DNA from: Felis catus
Lineage: Eukaryota
DNA: 64,000 nucleotides
NCBI RefSeq assembly: GCF_018350175.1
Contig: NC_058368.1
Span: forward strand, 165,790,001 to 165,854,000
Direction of reading: 5' to 3'
Numbering within the stretch: position 1 is the first letter of the stretch; each line of letters begins with the position of its first letter. The position numbers and the translations under genes were made by a program. The notes below the pieces were generated by a model that searched no databases, was not told the origin of the DNA, and saw only the letters and a list, made by a program, of their open reading frames with translations. Below are positions 39,924 to 52,106 of this stretch, piece by piece.

Positions 39924-40061
39924 GGTCTGGCAACCAGCGACCACACCGCAGCCCGGGCCGCGTCAGCGATCTCCGCGGCGAGCCCCTCACCTCAAGTATC
40001 TATTCTTAACTTTCAATTATATAATACAGTAGTATGATGTGTAATCACCATATGTACATTA

Positions 40062-40252
40062 TTTGTTTTTTTAAGTTTTTATTTAAATTCCAGTTAGTTA
40101 ACATACACTGTAGTTATTAGTTTCAGGTGTACAATATAGTGATTCAGCACTTCCATACAAACCCTGGCGCTCATCACAAGTGCCCTCCATAAGTCCCATT
40201 ACCTATTTCATCTGTCCCCCACCAACCTCCAATCTGGTAACCATCAGTTTGT
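40062..40252 (-). mobile_element. Short carnivore L1 3' end
   Basis: ttagttaacatac...tttcaggtgtacaatatagtgattca...ctcatcacaagtgccctc. Confidence 0.85.
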
Positions 40253-41584
40253 TGACTTTAATATACCTCCTTTTCAGAGAACATACTCTGAAATTTGAAA
40301 CTCTTTTAGCAAATGGTGTGTTTTGGTTTGTAATGTGTCATTTCTATTCCCTATTTGACCCCTTTCAATTAATAGGTGTACAAAGATCAACAAGGGGAAA
40401 GGAAAAACCCATTTATATTCTGTCTATAAACAAATAGCTATTCTTATGTCTTTACAAGGATCTAGAGGAAAGTTTTCTAGTAATAAATCAGGTCAATATA
40501 GTATGTATGCAATTTATACCATTAAATTGGTATTTATGATACTATATGATAGTGATGTTTTATGGAAAGTGTAACATACACTTTTCCTTAGTGTTCATTC
40601 AGTGGGAAAGGAGGGTTTAGAAAGACACGAAGCAAGAATACTTAGTTGCTTGAGATACTGAGGTACTTCAGGAAATAAGCGAGTTCCATTTATTAGTTAT
40701 CAATGACACTATCTTGTGGTTTGCTCCTTATTACCTTAGTTGATTTGCATCACTTAGAAATCCTCCTCTCAGACAGAATATGTTCCCTGCCTCATCGCTT
40801 GTTAAGAAGATTTCCACTGCATTTGCCTTATGTAAGGACCAAGGGGTTTCGTTCCTCAGAGAGAGCTTGCTATTTATTAGACTATGGTTGGTTGCGGCCT
40901 TGTCATTTGAAGTCTGGATGTTAGAAGTTATTTTTGTCTAAGAATATGTTCACATCTGAGTTCAAGGGAAAAATAACTTTCACAGGAAGAAACATCTAAC
41001 CCTTCACAAAGATTTAGATATATTATCTAAGACTGTTCTTCCCTCTCTCAATGATCCTCAAGACATGTTACTTTACAACCTCTCTATTCCTGGGGTTGCA
41101 CACCGTAAGTCCACCAGGACTTTTTTTTTTTTTCCTACTTGTTTTGTGAGGCACTTCATAGGTCTTTTCAAAAAAAAAAAAAAGAGTCCTCCATTGGAAT
41201 ATTTTCTCTTTGCCAATTTCTTTTGCTAGATGTATTCTTCCTAACTCTCATCGTGGAAATCCTATGGTAAATACTGAATTTTGTAAATTGACTCTTCTTT
41301 CCATATATTTTCTATTTTGTGAAAATTTTACTTTATCTTCTAAAATTTGATTTTATCAAACTTGACTATATTATTTTAAATTTCCATGAGCTTATCATTT
41401 TATAGTTACTCTTGTTAAAAATAATAGTTGTACTTCCATGGCTACAGGATCTTTTTTATCTCTATGAGGATATTACAGTTTTTAAGTTGTTTTTATTGCA
41501 TTTGATTTCCTTTCTTAATGTTTGTTTGCATTAAATCCTTATTCAAACTACTGGAGATTCTTGGTGACCTACTTTTTTTAAAAA

Positions 41585-41745
41585 AATTAATTAGACTTAT
41601 TTTTAGAGCAGTTTTAGATTAACAGAGAAATTGAACAGAAAATAGAGAGTTTCCATATACTACCTGGTCTTACACATGCACAGCACCCCCCCCCATCAAC
41701 ATACAGCACCAGAGTGGCACACATTTGTTAAATCAATGTGCCTAC
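41585..41745 (-). mobile_element. Short L1MC-like 3' end
   Basis: agacttatttttagagcagttttagatt..., homologous to 7660-7810. Confidence 0.75.
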
Positions 41746-42130
41746 TCGTTTTTAAAAATAACGTTCTAAAATATTAGAAGCTCTGTGTGGATATAGAATG
41801 GTGGGCTTAAGGCATAATTGGTTGAACAGCTGGGTTTTTAACTGGAGACACCAAAATGCTAGTTCTGTATGTCTTTTCTATAGCACAGTTCAGTTTTTTC
41901 TAGAAAAGTATCTTTCCTGGGTATGAAAACAAGCAGTTGTGTTTTGTGACTGTATGGGAAAAGAGTTGGCCTAGATTCTCACCATTTGTTATGCAGACAA
42001 AGGAAGCATACCTGAAGGCAATAAATCCAGTGGCCTCCTACTCCAGTTGAATGGAGATGGAAATACAGTAGCTGAGTTTGGTTCTGTTTGTTTTGTAGCA
42101 TTTTCATTGTAATTGATGATTGTAACTGTA

Positions 42131-42625
42131 TGTGGTGAGATTAATGACTCCCCAAGATATCAGCTCTTAATCCTGGAATCTGTAAATGTTACTTTATATT
42201 GAAAAAGGGTCTAGGTGGTTAGAATTAAGTTAAACAACTTGAGATTTTTATAAATCTCAAAAATCTTGCGATTATTATACATACCCAAGGTAGGTATAAA
42301 TGCCATCACATGTGTGCTTATGAGAGAGGGGCAGAGGAAGATTCTATACAAAAGAAAAGAATAAAGTTATTTGATGGGGAGGCAGAGATTTTAATGAGAA
42401 GACCACAAGCCAAGGAATGTTAGCAGTCACCAGATGCTGGAAGAATCAAGAAACAGATTCTCCCCTAGTCCCTCTGGAGGCAGCCTGGTCCTGCTAAACC
42501 CTGATTTCAGCCTCGTGATACTGATTTTAGACTGCTGGCCTCCAGAACTATAATAGAATAAATTAGTGTTTTGGTAACCCATCAAATCTATGATAATTTG
42601 CAAGAGCAGCCATAGTTGAGTAAAA
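42131..42625 (+). mobile_element. MaLR solo LTR (MLT1C/D-like)
   Basis: tgtggt...ccccaagatat...gccaaggaatg...gattctcccctag...ggcctccagaact...aataaatt...gcagccatag. Confidence 0.85.
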
Positions 42626-42811
42626 TTTGATTAATTTGCTTTGGATTTCCTTCCGCATCAGATTTGCCTTGATTTCTCTTCCTCCCATTTCCATTACATT
42701 TGGTAAGTACTTCTGATATATTAATGTACCATTCTACCTTGGATATGCTCTGGTTGTTCTGAATAATTTTCAAATCTCTTTAGTTCCATCCTTCCCTCAA
42801 AAATAGTCTTC

Positions 42812-43035
42812 TGTGGCGCTTGGGTGGCTCAGTTGTTTAAGCGTCTGACTTGGCTCAGGTCATGATCTCACTGTTTCTGAGTTCGAGTCCCACATTGGGT
42901 TCTGTGCTGACAGCTCAGAGCCTGGAGCCTGTTTCAGATTCTGTGTCTCCCTCTTTCTCTGCCCCTCCCCCACTTGCACTCTGTCTCTGTCTCTCTCTCA
43001 AAAATAAGTAAAAATTAAAAAAAAAAATAAAAAAT
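42812..43035 (+). mobile_element. SINEC
   Basis: SINE body with TSD AGTCTTCT. Confidence 0.93.
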
Positions 43036-43159
43036 GAAGTCTTCTTATGCTATATTTATTCAGGTCCTGGTTTTAGTTGATAGCTAATATTTTGATAAAG
43101 CTATCCATATTAATTATAGTTCCTAAGTTCTCTGCATGTGACCACAGCATTTCCTTTCT

Positions 43160-44240
43160 TATATTACTATACCCTAAAATGCCTCCAAAACTTATGGGTT
43201 CAAAAAAACATTTTATTTCATTTTACCTCTCACCATTTCTGCGGGTCTGAAATTTGGAAGTTTCTTGGGAGATATTTCTCCATGTCTCTTGCATTTCTGT
43301 CTTCTGTCCATCTTCTGAACAAGAAGCATTGACATCTTTGTTTCAATGATTTTTTCAAGGATGTTTGTATAGCAGTGAGCCTTGGATGATAGATACAGTG
43401 ACCCCCTTTGAGACAGAGGGCACCTGTGTTTCCTGATCAGGGCAATAAAGATAATGTCTGGGCAGATTAGGCAGGTCTGTTAGCAGTGCCCTCATAAGAC
43501 TAGGGAGGTGGGGAGTGTTCCTAAATTTGGATTACTCACCTGTGATGCAAAACTACTGTGTGTGCAACGTCTGTCTAGACCACTCTGTATCATTCATTTA
43601 CATTTTTGGTAATAAGATGAACTGATGCCACCATGAAGTTCATGCTTCTAACTGCTTACTGTGCCATGGATAATAAAGTCCTTGGTCTCTTTCTTAGAAA
43701 TGTTTTCTTCCAGCATCTATGAAATTGTAGTTGAGACTAACCTGTTAGCTTGTATAAAATCTCAGACTCTTCATAGCCCTTGATAGGACTCATTTGAGTG
43801 GTTCTGGCGCAAGACACCTCAGCTATTTGCAGTCACATAGTGACTTAAAACTTAGGGGTGCTGGTGGAGATCTTACTCTATCTTCATACTATGCTAAGGT
43901 TTCTCTATTTGCATCTCACAACTGATAGTTTGGGCTTGTCCACAGCATAACAGCATCAGGGCAGTGAGATTGCTTATATGGCAGCTGAAGACATAAGAAT
44001 GAATATTCCAGTGAGTGAGGTAAAAGATGCTCCATTGCCTTTTATGACTCTGCCTATGAAGTCATGAAGCCTCATTTCAGCAGAATTCTGTTAGTTATAA
44101 GCAGATCACAGGCCCATCTGGATTCAAAGGGAGAGGAAAGAAAATCTGTCTCTTTATGGGAAAGTGGCAATACGAATGAAAAACATGTGGGACTACAGCT
44201 ATTATTATGGCCATTTTTGGAAAATACAATCTACTATAGT
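43160..44240 (-). mobile_element. Old MaLR LTR (MLT1H/J-like) interrupted by an ERVL LTR
   Basis: ccaaaactta...tctcaccatttctgcgggtctgaaatttgg on the left resumes at about 43790 (gccttttatgac...gaagtca...gattcaaaggg...ggccatttttggaaaatacaatctac). Confidence 0.75.
43267..43785 (+). mobile_element. ERVL-class solo LTR (resembles the MER76 type from memory; unverified)
   Basis: TG start; ttttcaaggatgtttgtatagc...gccttgga; AATAAAGTCC; ends AAAATCTCAGACTCTTCATAGCCCTTGATA. Confidence 0.7.
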
Positions 44241-44737
44241 GGGATAAGCATGGATGAAACGGAGAAACATCACAAAAGCCGCATTATTTTTACACAAGTT
44301 ACATAAGCTTTCTAAATCTTAGTTCTATAAATACTATTATATAGTCCACCATGAATTCAAGAAGTCAGCTACTATTATCATTACTAAAAGTAACTTATTG
44401 TACTTTGAATTTTTTCTATGTGCAGCTCTGTTTTTGGTTCTTTTTCTTTCAAACACCAGTTGTATTAGTCTTCCTGGACTCTAAGCTCTGTCTTTTTCTC
44501 TTGAAATGCTTTCTAACTTAAATTTATTGCTGTATTTAATCAAGTTATTTTAAAAAATGCACTGTCTATATTTCTAACTACTTCTCAAATCTTAAAACTT
44601 TTTTAAAGAGAAAATTGAAAAATAAGATGGAACTTATAGTCAAGGCTCATTTGTTAAAGAGACGGTGCAGTAACTGCCCTTCTGGACCTCTCCCTTTCCT
44701 AAAGAGCCTCCAGAACTGACTATGGCTTCATAAGGAA

Positions 44738-45239
44738 TGGTGGGATGGTTCTTCTTTGTCAGTTAGGCTTAGCCGTAGCACACAGTTATTTAATCAAATA
44801 AGAACCTAAGTGTTCTGTGAAGGTATTTTATAGATGTTGTTAACAATCACATTCAGTTGTCTAAGTACAAGAGATTGGCTTTTCTAATGTCTGGGCTAAT
44901 CAGATGAATCCGATTAGTTTAGTCTTAAGGGTAAAAACTGAGGTTTCCTGGAAAGGAAGAAATTTTGTCTCAAGACTACCAAAAATACTGCCTGAATTTC
45001 CATCTTTCCAGCCTGCCATACGATTTTCAGATTTTACTGGCTAGTCCTCAAAATCAAGTGAACAATTCTTTACCATTAATCTCCTCTGTCTCTCTCATTC
45101 TTGGTCTCTTTCTCTCTCTCTCTCTGTAACAACCAATGTATAGATAGAATGGTTATATAAATATATATTCACATATATACATATATATATTCACATAGAA
45201 ACACACAATTCGTTGTTTTTCTCTCAAAAGTCTGATACA
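44738..45239 (+). mobile_element. MLT2-like (ERVL) solo LTR
   Basis: ttatttaatcaaa...ctgtgaaggtatttt..agatg...aaaactgaggtttcc...gaagaaattttg.ctcaagact...ctgataca. Confidence 0.75.
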
Positions 45240-45621
45240 ATGGTCTAAAAAATATTGATTTAAGTAAATGACAGAGACAATTTGACCCTTTAATAATAAC
45301 ATCTACTAGGTATTGACAATATTCTCTGAATTATATGTTTGTTATGTTACTTTAGTCCACACCAGAACTAGAATGAAGACATGTTGACTCAATGTACAAA
45401 TGAGAAAGCAGTGGTTGAATAAAGCTAAGCAACTTGCTGTGGTCACCTAGGACATGAGAGCCAGGGCTGCGACTTGATGTCCTGCCTTTCAATTCCACAG
45501 CACGTTGCCATCACTCAGTCATGTAACAAGTAGCCTTAGTATTTCTCCTTAAACATGAATAGATTATTTGTTTCACATATGAAGAATTTGCTCAGTTCTT
45601 GGTAACTCAAATTATGAAGCG

Positions 45622-47648
45622 TTTTATTTTTATTTTATTTTTTGGCTTTTTAAAATTTCTTTTTCTTTAATTTTATTATTTTTTAAAATTTACATCCAAA
45701 TTAGTTAGTATATAGTGCAACAGTGATTTCAGGAGTAGATTCCTTAGTGCCTCTAACCCATTTATCCCATCCCCCCTCCCACAACCCCTCCAGTAATTTT
45801 ATTTTTTGGCTTTTTAAAATTTCTTTTTCTTTAATTTTATTATTTTTTAAAATTTACATCCAAATTAGTTAGTATATAGTGCAACAGTGATTTCAGGAGT
45901 AGATTCCTTAGTGCCTCTAACCCATTTATCCCATCCCCCCTCCCACAACCCCTCCAGTAACCCTCAGTTTGTTCTCCCTATTTATGAGTCTCCTCTATTT
46001 GTCCCCCTCCCTGTTTTTAAATTATTTTTATTTCCCTTCCCTTGTGTTCATCTGTTTTGTCTTTTAAAGTCCTCATGTCTTTTTCTGACTGACTAATTTC
46101 ACTTAGTGTAATACCCTCCAGTTCCACTCAGTTGCAAATGGCAAGATTTCATTATTTTTGATTGCTGAGTAATACTCCATTGTATATATATATACCACAT
46201 CATCTTTATTCATTCATCCATCAATGGACATTTGGGCTCTTTCCATATTTTGGCTATTGTTGATAGTGCTGCTATAAACATGGGGGTGCATGTGTCCCTT
46301 AGAAACAGCACACCTGTATCCCGTGGATAAATGCCTAGTAGTGCAATTGCTGGGTCGTAGGGTAGTTCTATTTTTAGATTTTTGACGAACTTCCATACTG
46401 TTTTCCAGAGTGGCTGCACCAGCTTGCATTCCCACCAACAATGCAAAAGAGATCCTCTTTCTCCGCAACCCCATCAACACCTGTTGTTGCCTGACTTGTT
46501 AATGTTAGCCATTCTGATAGGTATAATTTGGAATCTCATTGTGGTTTTGATTTGTACTTCCCTGATGATGAGTGATGTTGAACATTTTTTCATGTCTCAG
46601 TTGGCCATCTGGATGTCTTCCTTGGAGAAGTGTCTATTCATGTCTTTTGCCCATTTATTCACTGTATTGTTTTTTTTGGGTATTGAGTTTGATATGTTCT
46701 TTATAGATTTTAGATGCTAACCCTTTATCTGCTACATCATTTGCAAATACCTTCTCCCATTCTGTCAGTTGCCTTTTAGTTTTGCTGATTGTTTCCTTTG
46801 CTGTGCAGAAGCTTTTTTATTTTGATGAGGTCCCAGTGTTCATTTTTGCTTTTGTTTCCTTTGCCTCCAGAGATGTACTGAGTAAGAAATTGCTGCAAGC
46901 AAGATCAAAGAGGTTTTTGCCTGCTTTCTCCTCAAGGATTTTGATGGCTTCCTGTCTTACATTGAGGTCTTTCATCCATTTGAGTTTATTTTTGTGTATG
47001 GTGTAAGAAAGTGGTCCAGGTTCATGGTTCTGCATGTCGCTGTCCACTTTTCCCAGCACCACTTGCTGAAAAGACTGTCTTTATTCCACTGGATATTCTT
47101 TCCTGCTTTGTCAAAGACTAGTTGGCCATACATTTGTGGATCCATTTCTGGGTTCTGTATTCTGTTCCATTCATCTGAGTGATTCTTGTGCCAGTCCCAT
47201 ACTGTCTTGATGATTACAGCTTTGTAGTGTAGCTTGAAGTCTGGGATTGTGATGCCTCCTGCTTCGGTTTTCTTTTTCAACATTGCTTTGGCTATTCAGG
47301 GTATTTTCTTGTTCCATACAAATTTTAGGATTGTTTGTTCTGGTTCTGTGAAGAATTCTGATGTTGATTTCATAAGTATTGAACTGAATATGTAGATTAC
47401 TTTGTGTAGTATTGATATTTTAACATTATTTGTTCTTTCTATCCAGGAGCATGGAATCTTTTTCCATTTTTTTGTGTCTTCTTTATTTCTTTCATAAGCT
47501 TTCTATAGTTTTCAGCGTATAGATTTTTCACCTCCTTGGCTATGTTTATTCCTAGGTATTTTATGGTTTTTGTGCAACTGTAAATGGGATTGACTCCTTG
47601 ATTTCTCTTTCTGTTGCTTCATTGTTGGTGTATAGGAATGCAACTGAT
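45622..47648 (-). mobile_element. Feliform LINE-1, 3' (non-inverted) part of a 5'-inverted insertion
   Basis: T-rich tail, 3'UTR and ORF2 remnants ([38 protein letters not shown]) running up to SVAFLYTNNE at the junction. Confidence 0.93.
45633..45960. repeat. Perfect 164-bp tandem duplication of the L1 3' end
   Basis: 45633-45796 is identical to 45797-45960 on direct comparison. Confidence 0.95.
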
Positions 47649-49211
47649 AAATTCATATCTTTCAGTACTCACTCTAAATGTCAAAGGACTCAATGTTCCA
47701 ATCAAAAGACATAGGATAACAGAATGGATAAGAAAACAAGATCCATCTATATGCTGTTTATAAGAGACCCACTTTAGATCTAAAGACACCTTCAGAATGA
47801 AAATAAGGGGATGGAGAACCATCTATCATGCTTATGGTCAACAAAAGAAAGCTGGAGTTGCCATACTTCTATCAGACAATCTAGACTTTAAAATAAAGAT
47901 TGTATCAAGAGATGCAGAAGGGCATTATATCATAATCAAGGGATCTGTCCACCAAGAAGACCTAAGAATTGTAAACATTTATGTGCCAAATGTGGGAAAA
48001 CCCAAATATATAAATCAATTAATCACAAATATAAAGAAACTCATCGATAGTAATACCATAATAGTAGGAGACTTCAACACCCCACTCACAGCAATGGGAA
48101 GATCATCTAATCAAAAAATCAACAAGGAAACAATGGCTTTGAATGACACACTGGACCAGATGGACTTAACAGTTATATTCAGAACATTTCATCCTAAAGC
48201 AGGAGAATATACATTCTTCCACAGTGCACATGGAACGTTCTCCAGAGTAGACCATATACTGGGAAACAAATCAGCCCTAAGTAAGTCAAAAAGATGGAGA
48301 TCATACTGTGCATATTTTCAGACCACAACACTATGAAACTTGAAATCAACCACAAGGAAAAAATTTTGAAAGTTATGAAATACTTGGAGACTGAAGAACA
48401 TCCTTCTAAAGAATGAATGGGCTAACCAAGCAGTTAAAGTGGAAATTAAAAAGTATATGGAAGTCAATGAAAATGATAACACCACAACCCAAAACCTCTG
48501 GGATACAGCAAAGGCGGTCATAAGAGGAAACTATATAGCAATCCAGGCCTTCCTAAAGAAGGAAGAAAGATCTCAGATACACAACCTAACCTTACACCTT
48601 AAGGAGCTGGAAAAAGAACAGCAAATAAAACCCCAAACCAGCAGAAGACAGAAAATAATAAAGATCAGAGCAGAAATTAATGCTATCAAAACCAAAAAGA
48701 CAGTAGAACAGATCAAAGAAACCAGAAGCTGGTTCTTTGAAAGAATTAACAAAATTGATAAATCACTGGCCACTTTAATCAAAAAGAAAAAGGAAAGGAC
48801 CCAAATAAATAAAATCAAAAATGAAAGAGGAGAGGTCACAACCAACACAACAAAAATAAAAACAATAATAAGAGAATATTATGAGCAATTATATGCCAAT
48901 AAAATGAGCAATCTGGAAGAAATGGACAAATTCATAGAAACATATACACTACCATAACTGAAACAGGAAGAAACAGAAAATTTAAACTGACCCATAACTA
49001 GTAAGGAAATTGAATTAGTAATAAAAAATCTGCCAAAAAACAAGAGTCCAGGGCCAGATGGCTTTCCAGGGGAATTCTACCAAACATTTAAGGAAGAGTT
49101 AACACCTATTCTCCTGAAGGTGTTCCAAAAAATAGAAACGAAAGGAAAACTTCCAAACTCTTTCTATGAAGACAGCATTACCTTGATTCCAAAACTAGAC
49201 AGAGACCCCAC
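47649..49211 (+). mobile_element. Inverted 5' segment of the same L1: ORF2 endonuclease to the start of RT, with frameshifts
   Basis: NSYLSVLTLNV..., KKAGVAIL, IIVGDFNTPL, HGTFSRVDH, SWFFERINKID and KSPGPDGF. Confidence 0.93.
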
Positions 49212-49284
49212 GAAGCACTTTTAAGCGAAGAGTGCAAAACTAGCTGCCTGGATACTTTAACGAGTTTCCTCCTTTTAGGGCAAC

Positions 49285-49288
49285 TATT

Positions 49289-49335
<47 letters not shown>

Positions 49336-49535
49336 GAGAGAGAGTGAATGAGTGGGTGAGGAACGGAGAGAACAGGAGAGACAGAAAGAATCCCACAATG
49401 GGCAGAGAGACAGGGAGAGACAGAATCCCGAAGTAGGGCTAGAGCTCACCAGATGCGGGCCTCAAACTCATGAACTTTGAGATTATGACCTGAGCTGAGG
49501 TCAGATGCTTAAATGACTGAGTCACCCGGGAACCC
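49285..49535 (-). mobile_element. SINEC with a (TTTC)n tail (about 49287-49334)
   Basis: SINE body with TSD TTAGGGCAA. Confidence 0.9.
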
Positions 49536-49951
49536 TTAGGGCAAGTTTTTATATTGATAAAACATAAATTTAACAGAGTAAAAGAATTTTAAGCAAATCT
49601 ATCCCTGGGTAGAGATTTATTATCAAATCAAATATGATGTCAGAATACTTTCCCTAAGAACACTGATGCTCTTCTATTTTTTAATAAAAACATTGGCATA
49701 AAATTTAACTTCCAGTTCCTCATTACAGAAAGAAAATACATATGAATTAGTGAAAAATTGCAAAATAGAGAATATAATGAAGGAAAAATAAACTAACCAT
49801 AATTTGACCATTCAGATATAATCATACAATAGTTTTGAATGTAACTTCCAAAAAATTCAAGGCACATGATAACAAATTGTACTGTATTTAAAACCTGTAA
49901 CTTGTTTTTCACTTTCTGCATAAACAGAAATTCCATGTCACTGAATATAAA

Positions 49952-50161
49952 TTTTAAATTTTTTTAATGTTTATTTGTAAGCGAGAGAGGGAGAGAGTGA
50001 ATGAGCAGGGGAGGAGCAGAGAGAGAGAGAGGCAGACAGAGGATCTGAAGCAGGCTGTGTGTTGACAGCAGAGAGAAGATGTGGGGCTCGAACTCATGAA
50101 CTGCAAGATCATGACCTGAGTTAAAGTCAGATGCTCAAGTAACTGAGCCACCCAGGTGCCC
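49952..50161 (-). mobile_element. SINEC
   Basis: Ends ...GAGCCACCCAGGTGCCC. Confidence 0.92.
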
Positions 50162-50515
50162 AGAATACTATTTTTAATAGCTAAAGTGTTTAAATCATAA
50201 TTTATTTACATAGACTCTTACATTAGGCACTTAGTTACATGTAGAAGCACTATATTACACATAAAAACACCTGATACCTTTTACCCAGGTATATCTTTAT
50301 TCATTTCTAATTACTTCTTTGGAGAAGTATCCTGAAATTAACACTTTATTGTCCAATAATTATGAACTTAATTTTAAGCTTATATATTTATTGCCCTCCA
50401 GTTGTTTTATTAAATTAACTAGCCTACTAGCCTAGTTTTTAAAAAATATGCACTACTTTTTTGAGAACATCAGATGTTTAAATTATTACCATTATTCACA
50501 AAAATTCTTAATCTT

Positions 50516-50716
50516 GGGAGCACCTGGGTGAGTCAGTTGGTTAAGGGTCTGACTCTTGATTTCAGCTCACATCACGATCTCACAATTCATGAGATCAAGC
50601 CCTGTGTCAGGCTCTGTGCTGACAGCGCAGAGCCTGCTTGGGATTCGCTCTCTCCCTTTCTCTCTGTCCTCCCCACTGCTTCATGTTCTCACTCTCTCTC
50701 AAAAATAAATAAATAA
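50516..50716 (+). mobile_element. SINEC
   Basis: SINE head and tail, flanked by TTCTTAAT. Confidence 0.92.
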
Positions 50717-51890
50717 GAAGTTCTTAATTCTGACTTTTGCTCTATTAGTATTATGTACAAGGAAACAATAACACTTTTTTATAAATTCCTGATACAATTA
50801 AATGTTAAATCAAGTATGGAGCCTATATCTTATCCTATGCCCTCTGTAATACAGATTTAATATATAATATTCTTGCTTGCACTATTTCATTAATAGTGGT
50901 GAAGCAGAAACTATTATTATATTGAGAGAGGGAATATGACTTGCACAAAGCCACACAGGTATTAAAGAAGTGAAGAAGTACTTCTGCTACAATAAATGGA
51001 ACAACAAGGACTGGATTGGTCTTCTCTCTGCAACAACCAGAAAACAGACAAAATACATGAAGTGATGGTTTTCAGGACACTGGGCTTCAGGAAAAGATTG
51101 TGATCTCTGAAAGATGGAAAGCAAAGGGTGTGGCCACTAAAACTGCACCAGATTCAGGCTTTGATTGACTACACCAAATGTAATGCAGGGAGGGGAGGCC
51201 AGGCAGAGCACAGAATTCCAGAAAGAGAAAGACAGAGAAAAAGCTGAGTCCAGGGAGACCGAGACAACTAGTATGAAGGACAGAACCAGAAAGAATACAG
51301 CTGCACATAGAGATAACTAACATTAAAGATCTGTAAAAGGTGTCCAAAAAGCACTGATCAGTGCTTATGTATGAAGAAACTAAGGCTGGGGAAAGACCAT
51401 CAGATGGATTAGAGGGAATTATACCTGATGTTTTCCAGTCAGAACAGAATACTCATAATTCAAAGAATATTACTCAGAAGCATTTTGCATAAGTAGAGAG
51501 AATAATTGCTGCTTTGACTCCACTAACCAAATCTTAAAATCCACATCCAAGAGTATCACTGTTTCTAAGTAATTTAACTGTGTCCCTTAAGAAATCTCAA
51601 GGCTTTTTACAGGAATACGAAGATATCCAGGGCCCAGAGAGGTAAAATTCATAATGCCTCACAGTCAATAAAATATTACGGGGCATGCGAAAAAGCAGAA
51701 AAAAAGAATGACCCATGATGAGGAGGAAAATCAATCAATTGTAGTGGATTCAGAGCTAGCACAAATATAACAATTAGGAAATATATATGTAAAAATCTAC
51801 CGTAACTGTATTAAACATGTTTACACAGGTAAGTAGAGATAAGCAAGATATAAAAAGATCTAAACTGAACATTCAGAAATAAAAAGTACA

Positions 51891-52050
51891 GGGGAGTCTG
51901 GGTGGCTCAGTCGGTTAAGAATCTGACTTTTGACTCCAGCTCAGATCATGGTCTCATGGTTAGTGAGATTGAGACCCACAATGGGCACAGCACAGAGCCT
52001 GCTTGGATCCTTTCTTTCCCTCTGTCCCTGACTTGTGTGCATACATGTGT

Positions 52051-52082
<32 letters not shown>

Positions 52083-52106
52083 AAAATAAGTAAACTTAAA
52101 AAAAAA
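51891..52106 (+). mobile_element. SINEC
   Basis: SINE head, (CT)n and A tail. Near-TSD AGAAAT.AAAA.TACA. Confidence 0.9.

Larger units (their letters stand above)
38754..39991 (-). pseudogene. PYURF-PIGY: Processed retrocopy of the bicistronic PYURF-PIGY mRNA (both ORFs open)
   Basis: Intronless layout: 5'UTR, PYURF ORF, 93-nt spacer, PIGY ORF, 3'UTR. AATAAA on the minus strand at 38799-38804, then a poly(A) seen as a T-run ending at 38777. Perfect TSD TCAAGTATCTATTCTT at 38738-38753 and 39992-40007. The target reads TT/AAGA on the minus strand, like an L1 endonuclease site. Confidence 0.96.
38530..40060 (-). mobile_element. Old L1 3'UTR fragment split by the retrocopy (38530-38753 plus 39992-40060)
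   Basis: attgagatataattgacatat...ctgcaaaatgat...ctaacacctccatc on the left resumes as aactttcaattatataatacagta...tcaccat on the right. Confidence 0.7.

Noticed and set aside
39924..39944. N-terminal extension MVAGCQT on the PYURF ORF in the track
   Set aside because: It starts at GTG. The ATG at 39923 has a good context and matches the known N-terminus MLSGA.
38754..39991. Possibility that this is the parental PYURF/PIGY gene
   Set aside because: It has no intron, has a genomic poly(A) and TSD, sits inside an L1 fragment, and has no CpG-island promoter upstream of 39991.
39552..40009. Plus-strand ORFs of 112 aa and 90 aa
   Set aside because: They are antisense shadows of the GC-rich PYURF sequence with no recognisable protein.
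47797..48957. ORFs of 179 aa and 172 aa as an active endonuclease/RT gene
   Set aside because: They are frameshifted L1 ORF2 pieces lacking a promoter, ORF1 and the RT core.
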